Below are positions 48,590 to 61,337 of a stretch of 64,000 nt of DNA, one piece after another (positions within the stretch are counted from its first letter, which is position 1; each line of letters opens with the position of its first letter). The stretch spans positions 62,001-126,000 of the forward strand of contig ML978122.1 in assembly GCA_010015805.1 (NCBI GenBank), written 5' to 3'. The notes beneath the pieces were generated by a model. That model searched no databases, was not told the DNA's origin, and saw nothing but the letters and a program-made list of their open reading frames with translations. This DNA comes from Rhizodiscina lignyota. Its lineage: Eukaryota. Made by a program: the position numbers and the translations under genes.

Positions 48590-51500
48590 GGTACGATGTG
48601 GAGTCTCGTGGATGATAGATAAACAGAAAGAGCCCTCGATCGCGATGCCAATGGGAATTCGAAGACAGAAAAGAGTTTATATACGACCATTTCAAGATAT
48701 TGGATATCCGTTTGGAGACAAGACAGCGGAGCGTTGCATACATATGTCTCCGCCCACCAAAACGCAGCAACGGAACCTTCACCAAAAACTCTCCGAGAGC
48801 GAGAGCCATTGCAGACGAACTTGACGAAGACAGAACCAATCGGAACAAAGGAGAAGATTCAAGACAGAGAAAGGAGATGATGAACTTTCGCAGATGGAGG
48901 CATTACTGAGAATATGTCACGATATTAGAGCCTACCTGCTTCAAGTCGATAAGGCGAAAACCTTCCGCTTTTGTTGACATCGCCATTAGAAAAACGCTAG
49001 ATCGAAAGTACACTAGCAATTTTTACTAGCACAAATCCGGGGCGACTAGACCCAAACAGGGAATCATTCTAACGTTAAGATTTGAAGTTTGCTTCACTTC
49101 AAGAAAAATCTACTTCCCCACTGAATCTCGAGGGATCAGAAACGCTACAAAAATGATCAAGTAAGTATTGCACACAAGAAACATCTTGGCTGGGGTGCTA
49201 TGCAAATATGCACTCAAGCCCAGAGTGGCCCGGGAAGAGCTTAGCATGAACTGGAAGCCTCTGCATAAGCCTCGACAATGGAACATGGCACTAAGCTTGG
49301 AGAAAGAAAGGCAAAAAGGATAGGAGATGTTATTAGACGCTGCGGAGTTTCCAAAGCTTACCGGCAAGAACCGGGTGCGAACGGCATTATATACGGAATG
49401 CGGATATACGCGACAGAGTAGCGGACGACCTTTGCAGTCAATTGCTAGAGAGCTGAAAGTGTTAGTGATCGAAAATAGAAGAATAGACTATGACGGGAAG
49501 TTCAGATGGGAGTAGATTGGAGTTTGTTCGAGATGTTGCGATACCGGCAAAGGGTTTCACTTTCCCGAAAAATGAGGCGAACATCCGGGGTTTGTGGCGT
49601 CGTCGATAGGATTCTTACCCATCTGGCAACAAACAAGGAGTACCAATCAAGAGAGAATTGCTTCTCGTAGTGCAATGCAAGATGAACAGTGTGGCGCATG
49701 GAGCCTATTGTCTAGACCCAAGCCGTCAAATGCGCGATATTGGCCGCGTCGCCCCCAGTTTCGACCAATACTGAACAGGGACACTGCAGCCGAGCAGCGA
49801 CTTGAAAGGGGGTAGATGCATCTTGAATACACGGTAGAGCCTGAGAGTAAGGCTTACGGGGTGCGATCCTTATCGTTGTATCTCGTGGAATTCGGCCGCA
49901 ATTGCACCATGAATGCAGTCGACATCGTCACACCGTGTGACGCAAACGGATTGGACCCGCAATGCTTCAGCCCTGTACCAAGAATCCAGTCCGTCAATGT
50001 TTCTGTGTTGCACCGTATCCGCCCGCGGCTTCCGCAATGTCATCACGGCGGCTGCCCGGATTGAGGAGTTGCTGCTTTGGCCCAGAGAAGCGTACGGATC
50101 GGTGAGCGGATTTTGTGGATTCATCCCACTTAAAAGAGTCAAACGGAGTGCTGAATGAGCTAGACAGAAAGCGCCATCCACGTGAAGGGCCTTGATTGTG
50201 AGAGAAGAATGAGGCTCCGCAGAGCACTGGTTGATGCCGCTTGTAAGCAAAGGACGCAATATGTGAGCTTATTCATATTGATGGATTGCCAGGAGCTGAA
50301 TAGCCACTGCTCTTAGGAATGAGTGCCGAGTGTGCACCCAAGTGTCGCAATGAGTGAATGAGCCATTGGGAAGACTTGAGAGCCCTTCGGTACGCGCATG
50401 CTCCAGGCGCCTGCGGGCAGGATCGCAGTCAAATCTCACGGTTCCTGCCTTACTTGCCGCAAACGACATCCTAAAGCCGTCTTGTGAGGCTGGTGGGACA
50501 GTGGTTATTGGTTGCTTTCCTTTGAGCCACCATAATTGACTTCCGGCTCTTGCAGAAGCATCTATCCTTAGATAGATATTTAAAGGAGACTGGAGTCCAG
50601 GTCCACAATGGAGGTATCCAAACATCCCCGGACACTGCTCAAAGATTTTGAAAGGAACTCGTTTTCCATTTTTGAGTACTGCTATCGTCACTTCGTCCAA
50701 CTCCAGTTTCAAGTGGCCAACGCTGGTGGCAGGTACACAAGGCTGAAGACAGGTCAGTTTTGCAGTATTGGTTGTGAGGGTCCTAAGCGTAGGTTGTATC
50801 TTGCATCATACTGCAGCAGGAACCAGCGAAGACTGACCCAATGTGAAAGGTAACTATGGGGAGTAACGGTCAAGGCTCGGCGAATCCCAGTTGGCCCGAA
50901 GATGTCCACAATGGCAGCGGATGGCATTCTGTTCCCCGCACATGGAATAAAAGGGAAAACCGATGCGGAATACCTCAATCGCCAACTTCAGTCGAGGTTG
51001 CGAAGCACCTTGGCAGCCGTCTGGAACACACGGAAAGGGGTGTAATGGTGGGCTACTGGCTAAGTCTAGAGCAAGACGATTGCTCTTTCGATGCGATTGC
51101 CTTTTTTCCTAAGAATAGAGAGCAGCATCGAGCGAACGATTGCGATATCACAGTTTGTGATAATAGCAGTCCGATCGAGTCAGGGGTGGAAAAGAGTGTG
51201 TTGTTGGCGGTGGCGTGGTATCCCGCATAATTACCGTAGCTTAAAGCTACGTGTAAGCTGAAAACAAACATCCTGGCTAGTGGATGCTGGAGGACGGTTG
51301 TACAGTATGTTAACAGGGTTGCGGGGATGTACCAAGTCGATCTTCTTTGTTATGCAATGTCACTGCCACCGCCTATCCGTCGTTTGTAAGAGGTTTGAGA
51401 GATTTGGCTATCCAAACATCGCTGATCGGAGTTTTGACAATTTTCATGGGGATCGACTTTATCCGTCGTGGCGTGGGATTACATATTGAGGCGTTCTGTC

Positions 51501-53361
51501 GGCTAATGGCAGATCCTAATTGGCGAGACCTCAATACCACTACGATGCGAACCGCATGCGAGCTGCATAACAAAGCCGCTCAGCCTGACCAAAAGCGAGA
51601 GACGGTTGCCTTTCGAGGCAACGAAGTTGCAAGAACTTTGCGTCTGAGCATTCCTTTCGGACTGGATCTGGCATCGGCCTCGGAACTCTCTCCTTTCTCA
51701 GAAATTGTCTCCGAGAAGTTTACGTAGGGCACTCCCTCCTCTGCTTGAAAAGAGTTCCAAAAAAGCCCTACAAAGATGATGTATGCCTTGGTCTGCAACC
51801 TCGTGGAGTTGACAGAGCCCGAGCCCTCCAAAAGTGCAGTGCAACCTCGTCTTTCTGATGAGCTCGCGAAAGACATAGGATAGATAAAGCAGGGCACGTA
51901 TTCAGTCTTTCCCAAGGGGCACTATGGCCATCCTGTCCAGCTCACAGCAGACAGAGTGTATTGCCCGAATTTTGCTAGCCTCACCTTGTCTCATGAAGCG
52001 AAATCCGAGGGGGCCTCTGTCGGGGTGAAAAAATTTCATTGGGGCACAACTTGCTGCCTCAGGATTGGAATTCGCTCCCAGTTCCTTGGGTGGACTTCCC
52101 GTCAGACTTTGCCCGTCGCCCAAGAGCAAATGCTGTCGTTCATCTTTCCACCAGTATCCCATATGCTAATCTATTTCAAGCAACAGACTCTCAGCCGTAG
52201 CTCTCTCGATCCCACGCGGCATCTCCGGATCCGAAGCTCTGGCGTCCAGACAAAGATGGAGCACCATGTCGGCACTACAAGGCAAACGCTAAAGGGCGGA
52301 GGCAAAAGCATCTCCCTCTTTAACCATCCTTCAGCGGACCAATAATGACACAATTTGGTACGCTGGCAGTCCATGATATGCACACCCCGTGAGCATTTAG
52401 ATCATATCCTATCTTTTTTCGCTGTAGAAAAGATACGCAATCGGAAGAAGGAAAAAACCCATAAGCCGTATGGTCAGTCCCAGAGAAGTCGGATTTGACT
52501 TTTGGCTCTCACACGGGATTTGGACCACTATCTTGCCAACCCAGGGAATGACCTCTGAGGGATTTGAACGCCTCGTCTTACGACAGCACTGGAGGGGCAA
52601 ATCCGTAGAGCTGGCTTGTGGCTTATGGCTTGCTTTCGATGTTCGCAGTTGGCCTCGGTCACTCCGGTGTTGCATCTAGACCCCTCCAAGGGTATCAGAA
52701 AACAGTGAACGAATATTTTCCATGAAGGCGTTGTCGTGAATGCCGGCATGGGGTATCTCGCTCATTCAAGATGAACAGACGCACGTTCTGAGTGATGCCC
52801 AACCCTCGGGACAAAAATCAGGGAGTTTACTGGATGATACGAGCACCCTGTGCCCTCTCCTCGGCGCAAAATTGTGAAAATTTCTTCCAAAAGGAGAAAG
52901 AAGAGACCTCTCACATCTATGAGCGGAAAGACTGGTGTCGCTATACAAGATATGCCTGTCGCACAGCGTGGGCGGCGCGTTGCCGAGTCGCTCGCAAACC
53001 TCCCCGTCAACCGCCCAAGTTTTATCGGGATCATGGGAAATAGTTGAAATGGTTGAAGCTCCATAATGTCTCAAAAATCTCTGCCAAACATATCAGAGAA
53101 TCGATTCAGATGCATGTTCCATAGCGGGATCGGATCCAGCATAATCGTAGCTTTGTATCCGGGCTAAATCTGTGGACCATTCACAGGTGGTGACATTTGT
53201 ATCCTTCGATCCACGAACTTTCTTAAATGCCCGCCTCTGAGGCCCAGAAATCTTGGAAAGCCTGCGGTTGGAATTCAGAAGCACGAACACTTGGGTTTAA
53301 ATTTAATGCTCAGTATACGTCCGCAGGTGCGCCGGATACATTTGCATTGCCACTTTTCGCG

Positions 53362-53845
53362 ATGAGCGCAAGCACATCGAAGTCCACAAAAGCCCAGTCA
53401 CCGGCGACAGACAACAGAACTCCAGAAGTATGCAGTTCTTTTTTCCATCATCCACATGTGCTAACTAGCACTGCAGACCAAATTAGACAGTTCGAAAGGT
53501 ACTACCAAACACACCAATGATAATGAATGGCTCCATGTGTCCCGTGGTTGGAATGGATTGCCGAACGATACCCCGGTGGCAATTGATCCCAGCAATGACC
53601 CGAAAGGTTCGGAGAGTCGCACAAAAAGACAAGAAGAATCACGGAGGATAGGCCAGTGGCTAAGCCAAGCGCAGGTTGACAGCCCATTTGACACGATAGC
53701 GTCAGTTCGAAAGAGTGAGGGTGAGAAACAGGGCAACAGTGCGGAGAAAATTGATGAGTCTGGGCGTCCGGTGGAATCGGGGACTGAGGGTGTCGAATCA
53801 GCTGCGACCGCTGCATCAACGACACAAAGCGAGACGAAGCATTAA
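53362..53845 (+). CDS. Hypothetical small hydrophilic protein (about 144 aa)
   Basis: Two exons joined in frame by a canonical intron at 53428-53476 (GTATGC...GCTAAC...CAG). No recognisable domain. Confidence 0.5.
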
Positions 53846-55488
53846 TATCCCGCAGAAGTGGCTTATGTGGTAGGCGAATTGAAATTGACAAAGGAAAGCT
53901 CTCTGGAGAGGACGCAGACAAAGGTGTCCAGCAGTACTGCTCGTCAGGGAGCATGCTACCACATCCACGCTGAATGGAGAAGTAATTAGCCAGTACTCGT
54001 TTGATACCTCGAATTTCATTTTATGCAAGCTTTCGCTCGGAGCTGTCCAAAGCAACCAAATCTTTGAAAGTGAAGGTTCCAGCCATTGGGTAGGGCCATT
54101 TTTTGATTTGTTCGATGATTGGACTGCAGTCGACGGTGTCCCGCAAGATTGCATTAGTGGTCCACATTAGCTGATCGAAATCGTTCTTCAGGTTTTGCCT
54201 TACGAGGCAACTGTAACACTGGAAACATCCGGAAGAATTGCTTTCGTGAAACGTATCCTGCTTGGAAGGGCGAATAATCGATACTCTGGGCTAAAATTCT
54301 CTAGGTATCGCGGAATGTTCGCGCTTCGGTTTGTGGAAAGTAGCCTCGAAGGAATGGAATACGCCTCACTCAGCCCCAGCGTTGTAGTCCAGCGCTGCAC
54401 CGTCGGAGGCTGAGTTTTTGATAGAGGCTCAGCTTTCACGAGGCGTAGTGCGAGAATGTTCCGCCAGTGTTTGAATATATGTACGAAGAAGCTGGACCTC
54501 ATTGACACCGATTTGCGTCAAAACAGTCTTGCTTTTTCTGCTCGGAATTTTGAGCTCAGAGCAAAGAGCCGACTGCCTCGCCTTGCCGCAGCCACTGCTG
54601 CCCAAAAAGCCCCGTGACTGCGGAACTGGGCATGTTCGAATAGCGAAAGGGCGTTCCCTCCCGATAGGGTGACCAAATATGCTGAGACGACCGTTATGAA
54701 CCGGTTAGCTCGATACATTCCCTTCTCGTATCCTGCATGCTAACTCGATGCAAAGCATAACGCTCTCCCGGCTCTTTCGTCGCTCGATGCCAAGTGTTGA
54801 GTCACGGTGTTGCCGATGCATCGACGCGTATCCTCGACGCCATATCCCCTTTTCACCAGAAACCGCTGTTCGTAAGGCAACCGTTGAGGGCGGAGGGCGA
54901 GGATGCCCTTGTCTCGTCCCCTGCTGCAAAGAGGACAGCCGAGAATGCCTCGACGCTTGCTGGTTGGTCGGTCATGCCATCGACTTTTGATGGTTGATTG
55001 GTCATGTCATCCACGTATACCACCATTGTGCTATCTCACATGCTCCCCGCATCAGTACGACAATCAAATCCTGCTTTTGCTATGCAGGATCGGACTCGAT
55101 CTAAGAGAACAGCTCACGCCTGGACGAGGTCTTTGTCGCGACGCTCAAGCCGGCGGTCGTCGGATATGCGGGGTCTGGATCGTTGTGAGCCATTTCGGTG
55201 GGATACATCCTGATGCTGGTAGACTCACCTGCGAAGGTTCTCTATATCACTGGGACGTCTGAGCACATGAAGCTCTCCTGTCCACCTGCGATCCCGAGTG
55301 CCTACATTTAAAACCTGTAGGCGAGTATAGCAAACCTATTAGTAGCGCAGCATGAAGCTCATTCAGTAAGCTTCGTTGTGTTTTCACTAGGTAATCGCTA
55401 ACGCTATCATAGATTCCGTTGCCATTGCCGCGAGTATTCTGCTGAGCCGAGCTTGCTGAGGATTGACGCCTATATTTTGACCAAGCCA

Positions 55489-57060
55489 ATGCCAGTTAAC
55501 AAATCCACCGGCCCAGTGGGACATCAAGAAGCCGTGGAGCTTCCAACCAACCTTGAAAGAAGTGCTGTTGAACTTCCAGTTGCGCGACAAGCTGTAGAGC
55601 TTGCTGGCGAAGCAAGTGATCCACCACCTAAGAAGGACTCTCTCACCAGGAAGATCACCAAGGCTTTCCGCATTCCGAGGAAGCCAGTGTCAACCAGATC
55701 GAAGCGAAGCAGTTCAACTTCGACTGAGTCGTTCCACGCTGTGTCAGCCTTTCAAAAAGAAACTCAAGACGACGACATTCCCCTGCCAGCCGAACTCGAG
55801 AGTCCCTCGATCATGACTCTTCTGGAACAAAAGGACATGGACATATTGTGTACCACAAAGGAAACACATATGACCGATGACCTCCACTCCCTCGATAGCT
55901 CGTCATTCGATGCAGTTGAAACCGAACCAAGAAGGGCACCTTCAATCAACCAGGTGTCTCCGCTAAGTGAGGTCGAAAGCCATATTAATGAGCCTCCAGA
56001 GCAAATGGTTTCTCGATCATCCACGTTCGCAACGATTTCAACAGATGAAAGTGGCGATACCGGACCAGAACCTGAGTCACCAATTACCCCGGTAGGAGTA
56101 CCTGAGTCATTATTTGTGCAAAGCGAGGGATTCAATATCATTTCGCCCTTCGAATATGATGTGGACTCTTTCCTGAGAACATACAGCAACTCCAGCATCG
56201 ACACTGTCTTGAATCAACCAAACGCCATTACAGATGATTTTGGCGGGTTTCTTCCACGCACCGGAAGTCAGTATGTAGAGGGATTTGACTCCTTTCTCGA
56301 GGTTGAGAACATCCATTTGGGTAGCAAGGCAAAAGAATTCGAAGGGGTTCCTACTACTTTGGTCGGAGCACTGGTTTCCGAGCAAGAAATGCCAGGATGG
56401 TTGCAGGTCGCTGAATCTGCCGATGCCGACGTCCTCAATCGCTCAAATTTCACTATTGGCGATGTCGATACCAATGTATTTTCCTTGTCTGGCCCATTGT
56501 TTGATGGCGATAGTGGCATGATTGCACCTTCAACCCATCAACTCAGCGTCAGTGATCAAGCAAAACCTTTTCCCCCGTTGTGGCCGGCCTCTACCCAGAC
56601 GATGGTTAAAATAACTCCCGACGGCGAGCCACAAGTACAACTCGAGCGTCAGGAGCTTGAGCTAAGCCATCAGAGTAGTTTATCGGTCCGGAAGAGGAAG
56701 TGAGTTGACAAGGATAGTAAACTTCAAAGTTCAATATATTAACATGATGGCAGAAGAAGTCCTTCTCTTACCCCTGTTGTGACTGTAGATTTGAGACCTG
56801 GATTCATCTCTTGTGAAGACTGTGGTCGAAAGTTTGTGACCACCGAAGGAGCTGCTGGACGGCGTGCTCGACACCAGAAAAGAAGCTGCCATGGAAAGAC
56901 TGGTGAGAAGCCACGTTCTCCATGCACAGTTTGTGGGGAGACATACGCAAGGCCAGATGGCCTCCTCGCGCACCAGCGGGACAGACATCCGACACTTGTA
57001 TTGAAGGAAAGGAGAAAGTATCGTAGAACGAGGGAGGTCGCTCAGGGGCCTCGAGAATGA
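55489..57060 (+). CDS. C2H2-type zinc finger protein with a long acidic disordered N-terminus
   Basis: Intron 56700-56753 joins the 5' ORF in frame to CEDCGRKF...HQKRSC and CTVCGETYARPDGLLAHQRDRH. Confidence 0.7.
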
Positions 57061-57723
57061 CGCTGGCTCCAGGACATGGTGTGGCGTTCACACGACACAG
57101 ACCGCAGAAGACGTATGTTCTCGTGATCAGCGATCATGAGATTTCAACATTCATTAATGAGATCAATGAACATTTCCTCATTCTGGATCGCAGTGTGAAT
57201 GCCTTCTCTCATCAACGCCTCCCCGCTTCTGTTCCCAAATATCCCCGAATTAAGTATAGCGTCTTGGCAGGGTATTATCGTAGCGAAGCACTAAGAGGGG
57301 CATGTTAATGATGTTATGTACTCCGTATGCACGGACAGCGAAAATGAAATCACAGGAACCTTGGAAGGAGGTTCTTTCTTTACTACTGGGAGCGATTCCG
57401 AGCTCTGCACCGAGTGCCATTGGCGCTCCTATAAGTGCCCCAGCAAGTCCAATATTAAAGGAGAGCCAAGTGACTCTAAAGATGTCCTTCGACCAATTGG
57501 TCACTTCAGCTCGAATGGATTCTCACAACGAGCGCGAAAGCTTTCGGCGGTACAGATATTCATGCGAGTCTGCGAAGGGCTACAGTATCTGTATGGCAAG
57601 CCGAGCCTCGAAGCGGCTTTGGAAGTGGAGGAAGGAATCAAGGAAACGCGGCTCACATGAGGTGAACGTCTCAAAAGCTGTGCAAGAAGGGATACATTAA
57701 CAGAGCATTAACACGAAAAGCAT

Positions 57724-57838
57724 ATCGGAGGCACGTAGCAAGCACTAAGTGGTGAATGTCGTAGATTGATTGAAGAGAGAGAAATCTCTGAAGGAGAATC
57801 CTACCTCATAATACACGAATACACGTGCTCACGCGCTA
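57724..57838 (+). repeat. Left arm of a diverged ~110-bp inverted repeat
   Basis: Aligns by eye to the reverse complement of 60747-60856. Shared blocks include TCGTRGATTRATTGAAGAGAGA, TGAAGG, ATAATAC and CACGTGCTCRCGCGCTA. Confidence 0.8.
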
Positions 57839-58150
57839 GGACGTTCTGGGCACCTCCTGACAAAGCATTGAGACTATATAAATCTTTCGCTACAGCTGAA
57901 AAGGAGCTACAATACAAGAGGATAAATGGGTTTTCTGCTTTAAGGATGCTGAAGGATGAAATGAACGCGCCCTGAAGACCTTCTTGGAACAGACGCGCCA
58001 AGGTGCCCGGATCATTCCCTAACGGCTGTTCGAGTTTGTGCAGTTAGGGACCTCTCGCTCCCAGCAATTAATGCACACGTAGTTAGGAATGTCACTGATT
58101 CAGGAGGTCTTTTAGCCGATTACTGTTGAGCGTAATATCGCTCAGTTTCT

Positions 58151-60562
58151 CTACACTAGTAGCACTTCCTCTAAGCTAGGAAGTGGAATTGACTCTTGCT
58201 CATGATTCCAGGCATATACGCCCTTCCACTCCCACGTAAAACGCTCATCACCTGAAGCTACAACCGCAACGACCGTCATGGAAGACCGCCAAACGTATTG
58301 TATCAAATGTTTCGGATTTAGGAGACTAGACGCCTGCAAAAGAGCACCCCAAGTATCATGAGAGTGCAAGAACTGTTTCGCAACTTTGCAGAGTTGGGGA
58401 GATTGCTCGCTTTCTTGCACAGCATCCGCGTATTTGAATTTTGAGATGAACCACTTAGCCCTAAGACCATCTTTCATCGGAGAAGCGTGTTCACTCTCTT
58501 TCTCGAGTGAGGGAATGTAGTACTCGGCAGCAGAACGATAGCCCGCCGTCGGAGGGGGTATGTTTGGCCTCGCGGGAGCCCAGCCAAGGCCCCTGCGGTT
58601 CTGGACTCTGGGTGCACTGGATATGAGGAACAAGGTAGAAAAGCCCCATATTGGCTTTTGCATCCACAGTTCTTCGGCGCTTTCGGTCGGAGAGGAGCAG
58701 AGAAGACCCCAAATGATATTTTCATCGCCGGGTCGCGAAGCCAGGCGGTAACTAAGCATGGCCCCGGCTTTGTCGATGTTGAAAAAACGATTAGGGCCAA
58801 GCTTGACTATTTGGGGCTCCTCAGAGGTGTATTTATAGCTTGATGGACGATATGACTGTGGAATCAGATGCGTGAAGGCTAGAAACGTGCTGGCAATGTC
58901 GATGCGTCCGTACTGCAGAACAGAAGTCAAAACATCCATCAGAGAAATGATGTGGTTATTCTTGCAAAGAATATGAAGATTTCTCCAACCCTTGGATGCT
59001 TCGAGCATAGTCCAAGCCCGTAGATTCCAGTCGCAGACTTGCACAGTCACGAGTATCAACTCGTGAATCTCTATAATGGGGGTTGATATATCGATGGACA
59101 TGAGGTCTATGTCGCAGACCAGGGTTAGTTTGCCCAGCATAAAGGTAGTATTGATATTCATGATGGCTTCTCGCCTGAGTTGATGGTCCCCGGGAATGCA
59201 GGCTGTGTCGATCCAATAAGAGTCGCACCCAGCAGCTTTTGCAATGGAAGAGTACCGAAGATGTAAACAAGTATTAAGACCAGTCTCAGGTCTGCCGCCT
59301 TGCCCGTGGCTCCAGACGTGAGAGAAAACCAGAGTGGTCTCTGAGACAGCGACATAGCGCAGGAGTGTTCCATCTGTCTGGCCTAGACTGACGGCTCGAC
59401 TTCCGATTGTGTTTCTGTATGACTGTTCGTCCCAGACTAATCTAGAGCAGGCTTTTCCAGGAACACAAAATGTAGAATCATGCATCGACTGGTCTTCTAT
59501 TCTTGCTCCAACGAATCTCTCACAGAGGTAGGGTGACGTTCCACTACATTGTCGATTCCGGTTTATCAAGCACCTTGGCAAGGAGGCTTGATAATGGGCG
59601 GCGAATCGGTCCACAAATAGTCTGTAATCCAGCGATTCTGTCCTTGGATTAGAACGCAAAAGTTCAAAGGCCCAAGCGCACATGTACTGAGGAGTCTGGG
59701 GATCTTCGAATCCAGAAGCGTTTTGTGGTCCAGTAGTCGACGGAGTTCGAAAACGAATCGTGTCAAGGATAAAGTCTTTCGCAGTAAACTGCCCAAAAAC
59801 GAACAGCCTCAGCTGCCACCATGAGAATAAGAGCAAACATCTCTGCCAAGATGTCCACAGAAATGTTTTGAGAATGAACCATTTCGTCTTCGTTGGCATA
59901 TTCGCCTCTTTTTCCATCTCAGCTGAAACCGAATCAATCAGACTTGCGAGCACCGTCAGAATACCTTGCATGTGATCACTCGCTGCAAGATGAGCCATAA
60001 AATCGTGGTCAATCGGGTGCGGCATACTCTCCGTCTCCGCAGTCAAACACACTACGAGCGCCACATGAACCACGGTGGTGCATACGAATGATGCCACTCG
60101 AAGCGGACTTGAGTCCCGAAAATGGGATCTTTCCCCTGATGAAACGTGGCAATATCTTCTAAAAGTCTCGTAGGATGCCTCGGAGCCGGACATTGGGAAT
60201 CTGAGAGAAGACGCTCGACGTGGTAGGCGAGTAACAAGGCTGAGAGCATTTCTACAAACTTTTTCAGCCTCAACGTCTATACCGTGAGAGAATTGGCCAA
60301 CGCAGATCTGGGCCAAAGACTCGCTAATGTGGTCAAGATGACGCGTGGAATCTTCAACAGATGCCAAAAGGATGCTGCAGCTCGTTTCATTCTCGTGGGT
60401 TGAGGAGTCGTGTTTTGAGAGCGAGGAAGAATTCTGTCCGTAGCCATTTGGACCCTGGGATGGGTCAAAGCGATTGAAACCGTGTTGCCAGACTCCGGTT
60501 ATTGCACCCAATTCGGCATCCTCTGTCGGCAAGTCCAGAGCATGCACCTTGGGATGATTCAT
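58151..60562 (-). CDS. HET (heterokaryon incompatibility) domain protein
   Basis: Intronless ORF of about 800 aa with the HET blocks FSHVWSHGQG, YWIDTACIP and DWNLRAWTMLE, preceded by a Cys-rich MCAWAFELLR...C region. Confidence 0.85.
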   Translation of the reverse strand: MNHPKVHALDLPTEDAELGAITGVWQHGFNRFDPSQGPNGYGQNSSSLSKHDSSTHENETSCSILLASVEDSTRHLDHISESLAQICVGQFSHGIDVEAEKVCRNALSLVTRLPRRASSLRFPMSGSEASYETFRRYCHVSSGERSHFRDSSPLRVASFVCTTVVHVALVVCLTAETESMPHPIDHDFMAHLAASDHMQGILTVLASLIDSVSAEMEKEANMPTKTKWFILKTFLWTSWQRCLLLFSWWQLRLFVFGQFTAKDFILDTIRFRTPSTTGPQNASGFEDPQTPQYMCAWAFELLRSNPRTESLDYRLFVDRFAAHYQASLPRCLINRNRQCSGTSPYLCERFVGARIEDQSMHDSTFCVPGKACSRLVWDEQSYRNTIGSRAVSLGQTDGTLLRYVAVSETTLVFSHVWSHGQGGRPETGLNTCLHLRYSSIAKAAGCDSYWIDTACIPGDHQLRREAIMNINTTFMLGKLTLVCDIDLMSIDISTPIIEIHELILVTVQVCDWNLRAWTMLEASKGWRNLHILCKNNHIISLMDVLTSVLQYGRIDIASTFLAFTHLIPQSYRPSSYKYTSEEPQIVKLGPNRFFNIDKAGAMLSYRLASRPGDENIIWGLLCSSPTESAEELWMQKPIWGFSTLFLISSAPRVQNRRGLGWAPARPNIPPPTAGYRSAAEYYIPSLEKESEHASPMKDGLRAKWFISKFKYADAVQESEQSPQLCKVAKQFLHSHDTWGALLQASSLLNPKHLIQYVWRSSMTVVAVVASGDERFTWEWKGVYAWNHEQESIPLPSLEEVLLV

Positions 60563-60746
60563 TAGGCTGAGTGTTGGCGGCAACCTGAATGCTTCAGACT
60601 TTCGAAATTCGCTATTTATTGTCAGCCCAGGGAGAGGGCAGCAGTGGCAACTATAATGAAGTGGACTGCTTCACTTCAAGTTAGGTTGTAAGAATGATGT
60701 GGCTTAGACTGTAGTAGTGTCAGGAGGTGCTTAGTACGGCATAGGG

Positions 60747-60856
60747 TAGCGCGCGAGCACGTGCACTCGTATTATAGCTTCGTTCCCCCCTTCAAAGTTT
60801 TCTCTCTTCAATTAATCCACGAGATTACTCACCTCATGCTCGCTGTGTGCTCTGAC
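60747..60856 (-). repeat. Right arm of the diverged inverted repeat
   Basis: Reverse complement matches 57724-57838. Lies about 190-300 bp upstream of the HET start codon. Confidence 0.8.
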
Positions 60857-61337
60857 AAGTGGACTGTTGCTTGAATAAGTGGACGACAATTCTCACCGGA
60901 AACACAGAACTTCAGCCTCAGCCTTGTTTGGCTACCATCATATCGCTGACTCGGTTGCCACGTCTAGTAACTTTTGAGGACATACATTACCAACAAGTTC
61001 CAGGTTATGCTATAGTGCTTTTTCATTTCTCCATTCTCTTTCCTGTCTCTCGCTTATTACACTCACGATGGGCTTGAGGGGCAGACCAGCTAGTTACGGA
61101 ACAAACTGGGTGAAGCACTCTCTGCATCGGCTTTTCGCGGAACACAATGAGCGCAGACACGCTCTTGGAATAACGCATGAATGAGAGGTTTGAAATACAG
61201 CAAGACCGGGTGCCGCACCCAGAGGATTTAATTATTCAATTTTCAAGGCCGAAGGCCGTCGACCGATGTACCCAGTGCCCATGTACCTGTCATATTAGTG
61301 CAAGTGCACTACAGATATCTACAGATGTCTATCGATG

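Noticed and set aside
57057..57700. Short overlapping ORFs after the C2H2 gene
   Set aside because: I could not join them into a consistent gene model and recognised no domain.
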